Shown in pieces: positions 9,941 to 23,700 of a stretch of DNA of 64,000 nt; the first letter of the stretch is position 1; each line of letters starts with the position of its first letter. Location of the stretch: NCBI GenBank assembly GCA_002269645.1, contig NIVC01003318.1:40233-104232 (forward strand). The letters run 5' to 3'. This DNA comes from Macrostomum lignano (Eukaryota). Made by a program: the position numbers and the translations under genes. A model generated the notes under the pieces. The model saw nothing but the letters and a program-made list of their open reading frames with translations, made no database searches and was not told the origin of the DNA.

Positions 9941-10559
9941 TTCAATGACAACAAACTGAAAACTTTCTAGCTCGCCAAGAACAGTCTCAAGCAAATATTT
10001 TAGCACGGATTGCACGCCTAGCGTACTTCTACTTTAGTTGACCACGAAAACAGAAATGTTGTGAGGTTTACTAAAACTACAACTGCACTCAGGGGTATTG
10101 TGAACTTATTCGCATTGAGCTCTCCAACTAATAGTAATCGTAGGTTACGCAATCGGCAGCTTGAGTGTGGAGCAAAATGCCAGTTGCGAGCGTGCAAACT
10201 GATACAAACAATTTTGGCGTCAGTGGTATACTATTTGTTCGATAAAACTTCTGCAAAAGTAATAAAAAAAGTGTTGCAACCGTACACTATCTATAATCGC
10301 TATTATCAGTAGTCATGTTTTGCTGACCAGATATTTCTGTAAAGTTTGATGGCGGTGTATAGAGGCTTGTTCCCGAGAAATGCTGCGACTGTACGAAAAA
10401 GAATATGTACAATGATGGCAGTGTGAAGGAGTGCAAAAGTTGTGCCGCGCGAAAGGGAATGGTTAATCAGTAATTTCTAAAAGCACTACTTACAGTAATG
10501 TTCAGAATGCGTCGTCGTACGCAAATGAAAAATTTGTATAAGCAGTAGCTTTTTATTAT

Positions 10560-10906
10560 TACTCGTAGAATCAGGGGTTTGTGTGCACTCTGGTACACTT
10601 TAAACGACATTGTTATTACCAATTCCGCCGACTCCCCTGAGCAGGCGCACAAGCGCGCGGATACGTACGCAGTCATACGCACAGGCACACACTCACACAG
10701 GAGTGTACAGCGGCCCTAACTTTATTTATCGTTAGGCATGTACACTTCACTGTGCCTTGGGGCTCGGCCCTCAATCGCATTAATCCCACGAGCAGAGCCA
10801 AGCCGAGATTCCAATTCAGCCCCAAATTAATGTGGACTGCACTTGGAATCGAGCCTGGGCCGCTGGTACATCAGAGCGTCGCGCCAGACCACTGAGTCCC
10901 TGCCCC
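10560..10906 (-). mobile_element. tRNA-derived SINE family B copy
   Basis: A/B-box head (CAGTGGTCTGG...GGCTCGATTCC). The body aligns with the copies at 17223, 28843 and 60330. Confidence 0.85.
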
Positions 10907-11733
10907 TGATAAACATTAGTTTTATCAGTCTAAGAAATATTCAACAACAACTCTTCTTTCATTTACAAGAGTTCTGCAGAGTATTTAGATTAGCTGAGCT
11001 ACCTGTAGTCCTCTAGAGCCTATTATTAGCTGCAAAACGGGTGGAGCCAAGAGTGTATGCATTTTCCACCTTGCCTCTCTGCCTTCCAGGTCGCTCCTCC
11101 TTTCTAACGCTTACCTCTGATCCTCCCAATACACTCCCTAAGCTCAGCGTTTCTCTCTCCCCTCTGTCCGTTGTTGCCATGACAACAAAACTGTACCACA
11201 AACCCCGCCCTGTGAGCCAGGCAGGATGCTTGACAAGCGCGGATGGGTACTTTTTCCTTTCTATCTTTGCCCGGCAGTTCAGCTCTTCCCGATCCAGAGA
11301 GTGCTTATAGGTCGCAGTTTCACTCTCTCCCCCTCTCTCACCCTCTCCGTCTCTCCGTCTCCCAAATTCTCGTCCCGCTCATTCCTATTTTTTTCATTCT
11401 TTAAGGCTGAGCAAACGCTGATCCGCACAGATACGGGAAAGGTGTGTACACTGTAGTTGGGGCCTCACAGTGCCTCTACCCTAGCCCATTGTCACCGCAC
11501 TTTGAATTCAAAATCCAATATTAAAAAGATAGAAATTAAGGCTCTGAGCGGCATCATCAGCTTAAGTACAGGAGAAGCACAGACAGTGGCTAGCTAAAGG
11601 TACAGCCACAGTTGGACATTGCTAGGGAGCAGGAATCAAATTACTTAATACGGCCCCGGTCCCGCCCAGTTTTATTGCTAAGGGGAAGATAATAAAAACA
11701 GAGTGAGCACAGCGGAGCATCTGCACAGCGTGC

Positions 11734-14700
11734 ATGAGCTCTGGTAACAACAGGGTGTCACCGGCGATGGCAGCTGTGAACCAGGCGTTGGTGCCAGACA
11801 ATGACAACGAGCTGGTGGCGTCGGCGCGGCCCCAGCCGGGACGTGCGATACCCAACGCGCCGGAGTACGGATCGCCCGAGCACTTGAGACGTGTCCCCGA
11901 GCCGTTGAAACAGCAGCAGCAGCAGCAGCAGGTCACCCTGTCGGAGAACCTGCCAGTTCAGATGGTGCGATTCCTGCGCTCAACCGAAGACGGCGGCGCG
12001 GACGATCAAGGCGTCGGCGTCAACATTGGGAAGTCGCGAGTTAACCAGGTGGTCACCTTCCAGGAGATGATTGAGGTAAAAACACTTTTTTCAAATTAAT
12101 GTCTTCATGCACAGACAGTTTAATTTTGACGAACGAAAACTATAAAAAGTTGCAATAAAGGCACAATCCCGCGAACTTTCTGTTAGAGAGCGTCAAAGAT
12201 GACCGAGTTAAAAGCATAGGTAAAAAATTAAACTCCTCTAAAAACTAAATGAAGAGGCAACCAAACTCGATGAATGAGAACAGAGGTCAAATTCTGCTAC
12301 GTCTTGGACGTCACATCGATCGGCCTAGAAGATGATTTGGGGAATCCACCAAAACGCATCTTGCCCTCCAAGTTGTTTTATATCTGAGGGTCCTGACGTT
12401 TTCTTCTGATACAAAACTCTTGTCTTTATTAGAGAAAAAAGATGTGACAGCTGCCTTTATTAAGCTACGTTTACATCCATATATTCTCATGGGTCGGTGT
12501 TCTGGCTTAGAATGTTTGCTAAGTAAGGCGCAGCAAAACAATACCAGCTCATGACGAACCACACAGGCAGCGAAAGAAGGCCGAACCAAAGACCTGGACG
12601 AACTGATGGGTCCGTCAGTTCCAACGGGCCCAACCGGCGTGATCAAGGTGCGCAAGAACATCCCAATCGACAAGCGCGACTCCGAAGGCTACAGCATGCT
12701 GCACTATGCGGCCAGGAACAACCACAGCGATGTTTGCGAGCTTCTTATCAAACGAGGCGCTGACGTGAACGTAGAAGGGCCGGATCAGATGACGCCGCTG
12801 CACCTGGCTGCCAAATATCGAAGGTCGCGGTCCAAAGCGGCGATTACTGTGAGTTTGGTGAAGGCCAACTGATAAATAGACCATTCTGGATCTTTGCTCT
12901 TGTTTTTTATTCATTTTAGAGGTCTATGAATTGCATTGACGCTTTTATCTACCAGGCGATTAAAACAATCTACCCAGGAGCTACCACTATCGACCCTCAT
13001 ATATTTATCAACGTTTACTCTCATGTAATTACCAATTTCCTACCCTAGAGTTAACACTGTCTACCCTAGAGTTAACACTGTCTACCCTAGAGTTACCACT
13101 GCACTGTCTACCCTAGAGTTACCACTGCACTGTCTACCCTAGAGTTACCACTGTCTACCCTAGAGTTACCACTGCACTGTCTACCCCAGAGTTACCACTG
13201 TCTACCCCAGAGTTACCACTGCACTGTCTACCCTAGAGTTACCACTGCACTGTCTACCCTAGAGTTACCACTGCACTGTCTACCCTAGAGTTACCACTGC
13301 ACTGTCTACCCTAGAGTTACCACTGCACTGTCTACCCTAGAGTTACCACTGCACTGTCTACCCTAGAGTTACCACTGTCTACCCTAGAGTTACCACTGCA
13401 CTGTCTACCCCAGAGTTACCACTGTCTACCCCAGAGTTACCACTGTCTACCCTAGAGTTACGACTGTCTATCCTAGAGTTATCACTGACTGTCCACAATA
13501 GAGTTACGTTCACCACTGTCTACTCAAGGTTGCTACTTTCCTTGAGTCTCGCCTGCTCCCTGGAACTTTTATTGACTTCGCAGACTACTTCTGGTGACCT
13601 GCTGGTTTTATATAGCTGTCATTGTTATTGTAAATGGTGATTTACAACTACAAGTACAACAAGGACCCGCCAAAAGCATTAAAGTTTGCAAGATTTGAGC
13701 AGCATTTAGATGCACACTAAAGCACTGGCTGTCTAAACAATGAAATGCCAAACCTCCGGAAACCTGGCCCCAGCAGCAAGCATGTCCACCGTTTGGCATT
13801 TTCTATTCCCAATTCCAGCTGTGTGTACCTTGCTGTTTCCATAGCAACCCTCGTGAGGTTTTAGAGCCTGCAGCAGCAGAAGCTTAATAATATTGCAAAC
13901 TGTCTCCCCCCTCTCGCTCTCGCTCTCGCCCTCACCCTCGCTCAACTGCCCCTGTCTCTTCTCCATTTGCTTACTGAGAAAACATTGACATTAGCAGAGA
14001 ATATTGGCAATAAAAAAATCAGTCTGTTCACGCTAGGAGCGCTGCTACTGAGTAGGACTAGCTATGCCAACCAGTAGTGAACTTTTTGACAGTAAAGAAT
14101 ATGCACTAATAGGCGCATAAGTGTCTCGTTGAATCCAAACGCAATCGGCCTTTCATTCACCTAGAAACTAACAAAGAAGGCGCGGTGTATTTTGTTGCCT
14201 TTGATGTCAACTAACTAGCTTGGGATGCTGACTGTGTGGGTAGGGCGTATGATGGAGAGTTAGAGCGAACAGATATCTCAAGTCCCAGCCAATCACTACA
14301 CGGCACACTTGACAAGGTGGAGGGTACAGTGGACATGTGTCAGCCAATCAGCGGTCACTTCAATATTGTACTACAGAATTGTACGTTCTGTAGGTGGGTG
14401 GGTGTCCGAAGTGGAACTTTCTCATTGGCTGGCAGATCTCACTACTTCTCAGTCTCTCCATGGATGCCCGACAGATCTTGTGTCACTTTTCTCGATTCTA
14501 GCTATAACGCGTCACGGGAGATCAATATAACTAGGGAAAGACTACCAAATGACATTAAATTTACTTAAATTATTTCGCCTAATAAAATAAATAGAAACTG
14601 AAGCAATCTGGAAGTGCAGACGCTGTGACAGCCGCCGCTGACATTGGCACCGCCGGCAAAGGCGGAGCTTTTACAAATTTGCCGCCCATTCATAACGTGT

Positions 14701-17700
14701 CACTGCGAGGCAGAGCTCGCACAGCTGTGAGAAATGCTTGGATGAAATTGAAGCTTTTTTCCTCTCCTACTGACCTGTTTTTGAGTCGGATTTCATCTTG
14801 GATTTCTTTTCTCTATCTAGATTTGAATTTTCAACAATTAAAAAATGATATCGAGAATTTCAACTAGAGGCCTTGATATTCGTTGAAAGACCCGATGAGA
14901 GACCCGATGATGGATCCCATGATGGACCCGATGATGGAACCAATGAGAGACCCGATGAGAGATCCCATGATGGACCCGATGATGGAACCAATGAGAGACC
15001 CGATGAGAGATCCCATGATGGACCCGATGATAGAACCAATGAGAGACCCGATGAGAGATCCCATGATGGACCCGATGATGGAACCAATGAGAGACCCGAT
15101 GAGAGATCCCATGATGGACCCGATGATGGAACCAATGAGAGACCCGATGAGAGACCCGATGATGGATCCCATGATGGACCCGATGATGGAACCAATGAGA
15201 GACCCGATGAGAGATCCCATGATGGACCCGATGATGGAACCAATGAGAGACCCGATGAGAGATCCCATGATGGACCCGATGATGGAACCAATGAGAGACC
15301 CGATGAGAGACCGATGAGAGACCCGATGAGAGACCGATGAGAGACCCGATGAGAGACCCGGTGAGAGACCCGATGAGAGACCCGATGAGAGACCGATGAG
15401 AGACCGATGAGAGAACCGATGAGAGACCGATGAGAGACCCGATGAGAGACCCGATGAGAGACCGATGAGAGACCGATGAGAGAACCGATGAGAGACCCGA
15501 TGAGAGACCGATGAGAGACCCGATGAGGGACCCGATGAGAGAACCGATGAGAGACCCGATGAGAGACCCGATGAGAGACCCGATGAGAGACCGATGAGAG
15601 ACCCGATGAGAGACCCGATGAGAGACCCGATGAGAGAACCGATGATGCACCCGATGATGGACCCTTGGGAAATGGACCCGATTACGAGTATGGACCCGAT
15701 GAGAGACCCGATGACAGACCCGATGAGGGAAATGATGACAGACCCCAGAAAAATACTAAAAGCCAGCAATTGGCCTATATACATGAATGGGTTTGGGTCA
15801 TCGTTATATAAAATTTGTCGGATAAATTTCCACAGTCAATAGAAGGATATTTAGCTCGTAATAAATTTGTTGCCTTTTCTTGGGTGCTTTTCACTATCTA
15901 TTCATTCATTCTTCGACTTTTTTACGTATCTATAACAATTTGAAAGTTTTTTTGGACACGAGAAAACTGTACAAAACTTTAACAGACGTCAATTGACAGG
16001 GATGATGAGGTATCTGAATCAAATTTGAATTATCTTGCAGTATAAAAATTAATAACTCTGTTAACTCTACATACTAAGGTGTAACTATATTCGATGTGCT
16101 TCTCTTAATGTACTGTTGTGAAAACTGTCAATCAACCTTCAAATTTTAATTACTGTGCTTCAACTCTAAGAAAACGTACAACCTACAGGCAAATGCACAG
16201 AAAGAACTTTACTTTAACTATTTTACTTGTTAATTGAAGGTTAAATATTTGGTTCATCATTAAAACAAAAACTTCACACTCAACAGCGTACGAGACAGGC
16301 TGAGGCATCGACCAATGCAAAACTGGTATAAAGTCAATTTACAATTTTATGCTATGTCTACCTGTAAGCTTTTGTTGTAGTTGTTTGGACGTTTTTTGTT
16401 ATACCGCGATGACCTTTTGTGACGATCAACTAAAATGTAACCGGCTTTTGACTGGCTCTGCTGCAATGTATTGATACTAAAATAACTAAATTGATTCTTT
16501 ATTTAGCCCATCCTAACTATTTGAATCCGTGAGCAGAACAAGGTCCAATGTTCAGCAGTTGAAAAAAATACAAGCAATACAAAATACAGTCCAGTTTAGA
16601 CCTAAAATACCGTTTTATAAAGTTTTTGTTGTTGTTTGTATGATTAACAATTATTGTTGCTTACGAATCCCTTGAGTTGTAAACTTTAATGCGTTCGACT
16701 TGTGCCCCCGCTTTGCTGATAGGCAAAGTACTTGCAGTTTATCACATATTTTTAATTCTATAGTTTTTTGTTCACGCAGTCGCTTTGTACAATGTTGAAC
16801 TGCTGCTTTTTAAAGCTTACAAAGCCTACTCTCCTTACCTTGTCGTTTTAGAAGAATGAAGACGAGTCGGAGAGTCTTGCGTTGAAGCCGCAGGTAAGCT
16901 GAGTCGATGTCTTCTGTTTTGGTTGAACCCGATTTCACTGCTTGATGTCTTTTGTTTCCTCAAAAGTCGATACGATGCACTTATAATCCATCGTTAATTG
17001 ACTTGATCTGAACGTGAATTATATTCTTTACCGATTTTCCTTTAAAGTTTTTCCTAGATGTTACTTTATGTAATAGCTGTCGTTAATTTACTGATATACA
17101 GGCATATGGCAGAGAGACACTAAGATAATAAAGCAGAGCGACCGACAGACTTAAAGACACACAGACAGACAGACACTTTAAGATAATAAGACAGAGAGAC
17201 CGACAGATCCAAACCTAAGACGAGGGCCGTAGTACAGTGGTCCAGCGCGGCGCTCTGGTGTGCCAGCAGCCCAGGTTCGATTCCAAGTGCAGTCACATTA
17301 ATTTGAGGCTAAATTGGAATCTTGGCTTGGCTCTTCTCGTGCAATTAACAGCCTTGAGAGCCAACCCCCCAAGGCACAGTGAGGTGTACATGCCTAACGA
17401 TTAATCAAGTTAGGGCCGCTGTACACTCCTGTGTGAGTGTGTGCCTGTGCGTATGACTGCGTACGTATCCGCGCGCTTGTGTGCCTGCTCAGGGGAGTCG
17501 GCAGAATGGGCAGCAATGCCTCTCGCCGGTTATGTGACAATGTCGCTTAAAGTGCACCTGAGTGCACACAGCCCCTGTCTCTAATCGAAAAGATTCAAAG
17601 ACAGACAGACAGACATAAGACACGTAGACAGAAAGACAAGACCGATAGATACAATATATGTGAATGGATGTATAACGCATAACGCATAACGCATATATAC

Positions 17701-20700
17701 ATCAACATGTTGCCTGATTACAATGCCCGATGACCTGCTACTACATGTAAAAAGCTTCTTTGCTAGCTTCTCTTCCACACTATCCATAATATTCAATTAC
17801 CTTTGCAAACATCTACTGTTCCATTTGCCAGTATTTAGCAGTTTTGGAATCGAACGCCGAATACGATTCCGATAGCGATGTAAGTGCTCCGATCCCAGTG
17901 TAGCGAATTTTTAATAACTCTTTGAGGTCATTCATGCGCTATTTCGAGCCGTAGTGATGCTCATCCTCCGGCTTCTATGTTTCGTGTGTATTCAAAACAC
18001 GGAAGTAAAGTAAACAAAAATTCGCCTGACACATGGTAACTGTTACATATAATCACACTGCCTCGAGCAATTTCGTTTAAATATGCTTATCTTAAATTTG
18101 CGGTATTGAAATGAATAAACTATCTATTGTCTTGATATTGCATGGTATCTCTCAACATGATAACACTAACGGCTATGGCTACTTTTAGGATATTGCACTC
18201 TTAGTTGCAAAGGAACGCGTTAAAAATTAGTGGAAAAGTTTAACAGCATTATGATTAGGTGCACGATAAAATCCAAAAAATGGTGCTTTTCATGATCAAA
18301 AACTGATTTTGCTGTTTAAGCTTCGGTGTCAGCCTTTGATAAAGTCGGTAATAAAGTTAATGCACGGATCATTTTTAAGTTAATGTGAAACTTTGCCAAA
18401 CTGTTGCTGTATCTAGCTGGGCCCTACTTTTCATCGTAGGACGAACGGGACGCGGTCTACATCCTGCTGAGACATGGAGCCGATTTTACTCAAAAAGATT
18501 TCTACGGTTGCACACCTTTGCACTACGCCGCTATGAAGGGCAACCTCGTGGCCAGCAGGTGCCTATTGCACTTTGAGTCGATGCGACAGAAAGGACGAGT
18601 GATCAGCGCCGACAGGGTGGAATGCGTCTACAGCACTCGAGTGCCCATCTGGAGGGTGAGCGCGTTTCATATGCGACCAAATCTTCCCATAGTTTTTTCC
18701 GGAGTTTCCCCCAGGAACTGTAAAAACTACCTAGCACACCGAGTACAATGACAAAATCTTAGTTGACTATAAGGTCTCATCGACCTTTTCCACGGCGTCA
18801 AATAAAGCGACGATGAAATGGAACCCGGGGGTAAAGCTTCGGACTACATTCGGGTCCCTCTCTCGGGCTCCCTCCCTGGCTTCTGGTCGACAGCTCTAAG
18901 TAGCGGTTTGGTCGGGTCGGTTGTTAACATCTCAAAATGCCCAAAAGTGAATTGTACTTTCGTTTTTACTGCTTGTCGAATAGGTTTTTTCTACTTAGCT
19001 TGGACCACACCTGTGACCTTGGACGTCACACGTTTAATGCTTTAGAACGTAGATATCATTGTACGAACCACATCCTAATCTTGATAATATTTTGCAGGCG
19101 ATCTCCTATAGACTTTTTCTAATATGTGACTTGAACATCCTAATACTAAAACTGACGCGATGTTTGTCTGTGTGTGTGTGTGTTGCAATCTTAATACTAA
19201 AGTTGGTGCGTTGTTTGTTTGTTTGTTTGTCTGTTTGTTTGTAGGATATCTCCTCCTAGACTACGTGCAACTCAGCGTTGAAACTTATATGGGAATACTG
19301 CAAATTTTCCGGAATCGGCTTTAGGCTGTTTTAATCTTTCATTTTTTAATTTTAAGATCCCTAAAAAAGCAGAAATCTGATTTCCTAACCTTCTCTGGAC
19401 ACTTTTTCTGCTCGGAGCTGAAAATTGGCATAAATTTTGAGTGATTACGCCACAACTTTTTCCTATGTCGCCAGTGCATTTTCTCTCCTGTGGGGGAATG
19501 GGCGCGTTCTCATTGGCGGCGTGTGTACAATCGGACCCTGGCTCACTGGCTGACTTTATAGACAATTGCGCAACTATTTGTGTTCTGTTTTTTAACAGGA
19601 AGCCCTGTGTATTTTTTGCACAGTGAAATTCAGTGCATTTTAATGCATAAACTCGCGAGCATCTTTAGCAGGCAGTGAAGGTACACTCGATATTTCAATG
19701 CTTAAAATCAGAAAGTTTCAAACGCTAACTGTTGCTCGATTTTTTAACTTTGAGAGACGAGACTTTTATTGCTGGAAAGAGCTTGCAGCGCTGAGTTCGG
19801 GGATATAAGTTTTTTGCTTTAAATATGAAAATTAAATTCACAGCATTCAAGAAAAGATTTTCATACTTTTAGCTTTCTGCAAAGATTGTTCTCATTTTGG
19901 AGTTCAATGGGGGTTCGACCGACCCCCCAATAGTTGGTGGGGGGGTTCAATTTCTAGCTGCACTGCGTATTGGAAGGGGGGTCGGTTGCTGTGTATTGGA
20001 GGGTTGATTTAGATTGCGCAATCTTTGTGTTAACTTTAACTGAGGCTGATACTGACTGCCTGAGAAATAAGTTGCGCAATTTAATTGGTTCAATGTTTTT
20101 ACGGCGCCGTTCAACACGCAGCTGTGTGTAGCTCTAACCCTAACCCTAACCCTAACCAATGAATTCTGAGAGCTGGGCTGTTTGACGTAGAAATTTCGAT
20201 TTAGTCCAGTTTCACGGAGAGGATTTCTATTTCGCGGAGAATATTTCGATGGTGTTCAGTTTCACGGAGAGGATTTCGATAGTGTTCAGTTTCACGGAGA
20301 CGATTTCTGTTGCGCGGAGAGGTGTTGGAAAATGGGATTCCGCTGATGGAGTTCAGGGAATGGAATTCCGCTGATTGGAGTTCTTCCCCTTTCTTCTCCG
20401 AAGGAGGAGTTGGCCTCGTTAATACTAAAACTGGTGCGTTGTTTGTCTGTGTGTGTGTGTGTTTGTTGGATAACTCCTCCTAGAATACTTGCAAGTCAGC
20501 GTTGAAACTTATATGGGAAAACTGCAAATTTACCGAGGATGGCTTTAGGCTATTTTAATCTTTCATTTTCAATTTTTAAGATCCCTAAAAAAGCAGAAAA
20601 TAGCGGTCTTGACCTTTGATAATCTTAATTGTCCCCTCTTTCTGCTTGGAGCTGAAAATTTGCATCAATTTTAGTGATTGCGCCATAAAATTTTTCTATC

Positions 20701-23700
20701 TTGGCAGTGTATTTTCTCTCAAGTGGGGGGATGGTCGCGTTCTCAGTGGCTGCGTGTGTACACTTGAACCCTGGCTCACTGACTGACTTTATAGACAATT
20801 GCGCAACTATTTGTGTTCTGTTTTTTAACAGGAAGCCCTGTGTATTTTTTGCACGGTGAAATTCAGTGCATTTTAATGCATAAACTTGCGAGCATCTTTA
20901 GCAGGCAGTGAACGTACACTCGATATTTGAATGCTTAAAATCAGAAAGTTTCAAACACTAACTGTTGCTCGAGTTTTGAACTTAGAGAGGAGAGACTTAT
21001 ATTGCTGGAAAGATCTTGCTGCAATGAGTTCGGGGATATAAGTTTTTTGCTTTAAATATGAAAATTAAATTCACAGCATTCAAGAAAAGATTTTCATACT
21101 TTTAGCTTTCTGCAAAGATTGTGCTCATTTTGGAGTTCAATGGGGGTTCGACCGACCCCCCAATAGTTGGTGGGGGGGAGTTCAATTTCTAGCTGCACTG
21201 CGTATTGGAAGGGGGGTCGGTTGCTGTGTATTTGAGGGTTGATTTAGATTGCGCAATCTTTTTGTTAACTTTAACTGAGGCTGATACTGACTGCCTGAGA
21301 AATAAGTTGCGCAATTTAATTGGTTCAATGTTTTTACGGCGCCTTTCAACACGCAGCTGTCAACCCTAACCCTAACCCTAACCAATGAATTCTGAGAGCT
21401 GGGCTATTTGACGTAGAAATTTCAATTTAGTCCAGTTTCACGGAGAGGATTTCTATTTCGCGGAGAATATTTCGATGGTGTTCAGTTTCACGGAGAGGAT
21501 TTCGATAGTGTTCAGTTTCACGGAGACGATTTCTGTTGCGCGGAGAGGTGTTGGAAAATGGGATTCCGCTGATGGAGTTCAGGGAATGGAATTCCGCAGA
21601 TTGGAGTTCTTCCCCTTTCTTCTCCGAAGGAGGAGTTGGCCTCGTCCTAATACTAAAACTCTAGCGATGTTTGTCTGTGTGTGTGTGTGTTGCAAGTGAA
21701 CTCCTACAATACTTGCAAGTCAGCGTCGAAACTTATATGGGAAAACTGCAAATTTTCCGGAGCAGGCTTTAGACTATTTTAATTTTTAATTTTCACATTT
21801 TAACATCCCTAAAAAAGCAGAAAACTGCTTTTTTAACCCCCAATAACCTTCTTTGGCCACTCTGCCTGGGGCTGCAGCCAGTTTGTAAAAATAGCCACCC
21901 CAACCTCCGCCCGCGGGCCGCTGTGTATTGAGGGGTGGTGGGTGCGAGTGGAAATAAAACCCCCCGCGTGTTGGGGGGGTTCAGTTAAATTTAATGCTTC
22001 CCCCAGAACGGGGGGTTGGGCTTGGGCTGAGTGTACATAGCAGTTGTACAGTGTAAACAGATAGATAGGAATCAGGACTGTGTCGAGATTCAATTGGTTT
22101 TATTATTGGCGCCTTTTTTCTCCATAGGCATCCCTGTGTATTAGCTTAGCAGTGAAATTCAATGAATTGCGAGCTTCTCTAGCAAGCAGTCGGGAGATCG
22201 GTAAATTTCAAACGCTAACTGTTCCTCGAGTTTTAAACTTTGAGAGGAGAAACTTATATTGCTGGAAAGATCTTGCAACGCTGAGTTCTGGGATATAAGT
22301 TGTTTGCTTTATATATGAAAATAAAAGCTTTTCATTGGGAAAACTATTCCCATACTTTTAACTTTTTGCAAAAATTGTAATCAGTTTTGCGAGACGTAAT
22401 AGATAAAGTTGGGGGGAGGGTTCAACTTCTCACTGCTGCTGTGTATTGGAGGGTTGATTTAGATTGACTGACTGACTGTGAAATCAGTTGCGCAATGAAT
22501 TGATTCAATTAGTTCAATATTTTTATCAGTGCCTTTTAACACGAAGCTGTGCGCAGTTCTAACCCTAACCCTAACCCTAACCCTAACCAATGAATCCGGA
22601 GAGTTGAGTTGTTTGACGGAAAAAAATCGATTGAGTCCAGTTTAGCGGAGACGATTTCAATGTTTTAATTTTGACGGAGAGGATTTCTGTTTCGTGGAGA
22701 GGATTTCGATGGTGTTCAGTTTCACGGAGAGGATTTCGATGATGTCCAGTTTCACGGAGAGGATTTCGAAGGAGTCCAGTTTCACGAAGAGGATTTCGAT
22801 GGTTTTGAGTTGCACGGACAGGATTTCTGCTTCGCGGAGAAGATCTTGATAGATTTGGCATCTTCAATCAGTCAGAGAAGAGAGTAAAGAGAAGAATGAA
22901 AAGAGAAGAGAGATGAGATGATAGAAAACAGAGTAGAAATGAGTAGAGAAATTAGACATGACAGATGGGAGAGAAGAGGGGAGTAAGGCGGGAACGAAGG
23001 AGAGAGAAGAGAAGAGGAGAGAGGAGATGAAGAGAGAGGATATGAGAGAGGAGATATGAGATAGCAGAGAGGAGACAGGAGAGAGAAGAAAGGAGGGATA
23101 AGAGCGTACAGAGGCAATAGAAGAGAGGAAAGAGAGAAGAGAGGTGAGAGGTGAGAGGAGAGAGATGAAAGATCAGAGATCAGAGATTTAAGAGAAGAAA
23201 GTAGTGAGGAGAAAGAAGAGGGTAAAGATGAGAGTGCAGAGAGGAGAGAAACGAGAGGAGACAGGTGGTAGAAAGGAGTGTAAAAACAGCAGATAAGAAA
23301 GGGGAGGGTGAGAGTGAGAGCATATAGGAAAGTGTAAAAGGGGAGCAGAGGAGAGAGAATAGATAAGTGAGTAGAGAAGAGATATGAGAGAGGAAAGACG
23401 AGGGGAGAGAGGAGACAGGAGAGAGTAAATTTGAAAGACCTGGGAGAAGAGATAAATAAGATAGTACAGATGAGAGGAGAGAGAGAGGAGAGATGAGAGA
23501 TGCAATGCGAAAAGAGATGAGTGAGAAAATAAGAGAGAGAAGAGATTAGAAATTAAAGAAGAGATGAGGGGAGATGAGAGGAGAGAAGAGAGAATGGAGA
23601 GGAGAGAAAAGAGAGGAGAGGAGACAGGCGATGCAGTAGAAAGGAGGGAAGAAAAATGGGAGATAAGAAAGGAGAGGTTGAGAGCGTATAAGAGATACGA

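Noticed and set aside
14838-15842. Long ORFs (up to 306 aa) in five frames
   Set aside because: They are translations of a minisatellite that lacks stop codons, inside a TRPA1 intron.
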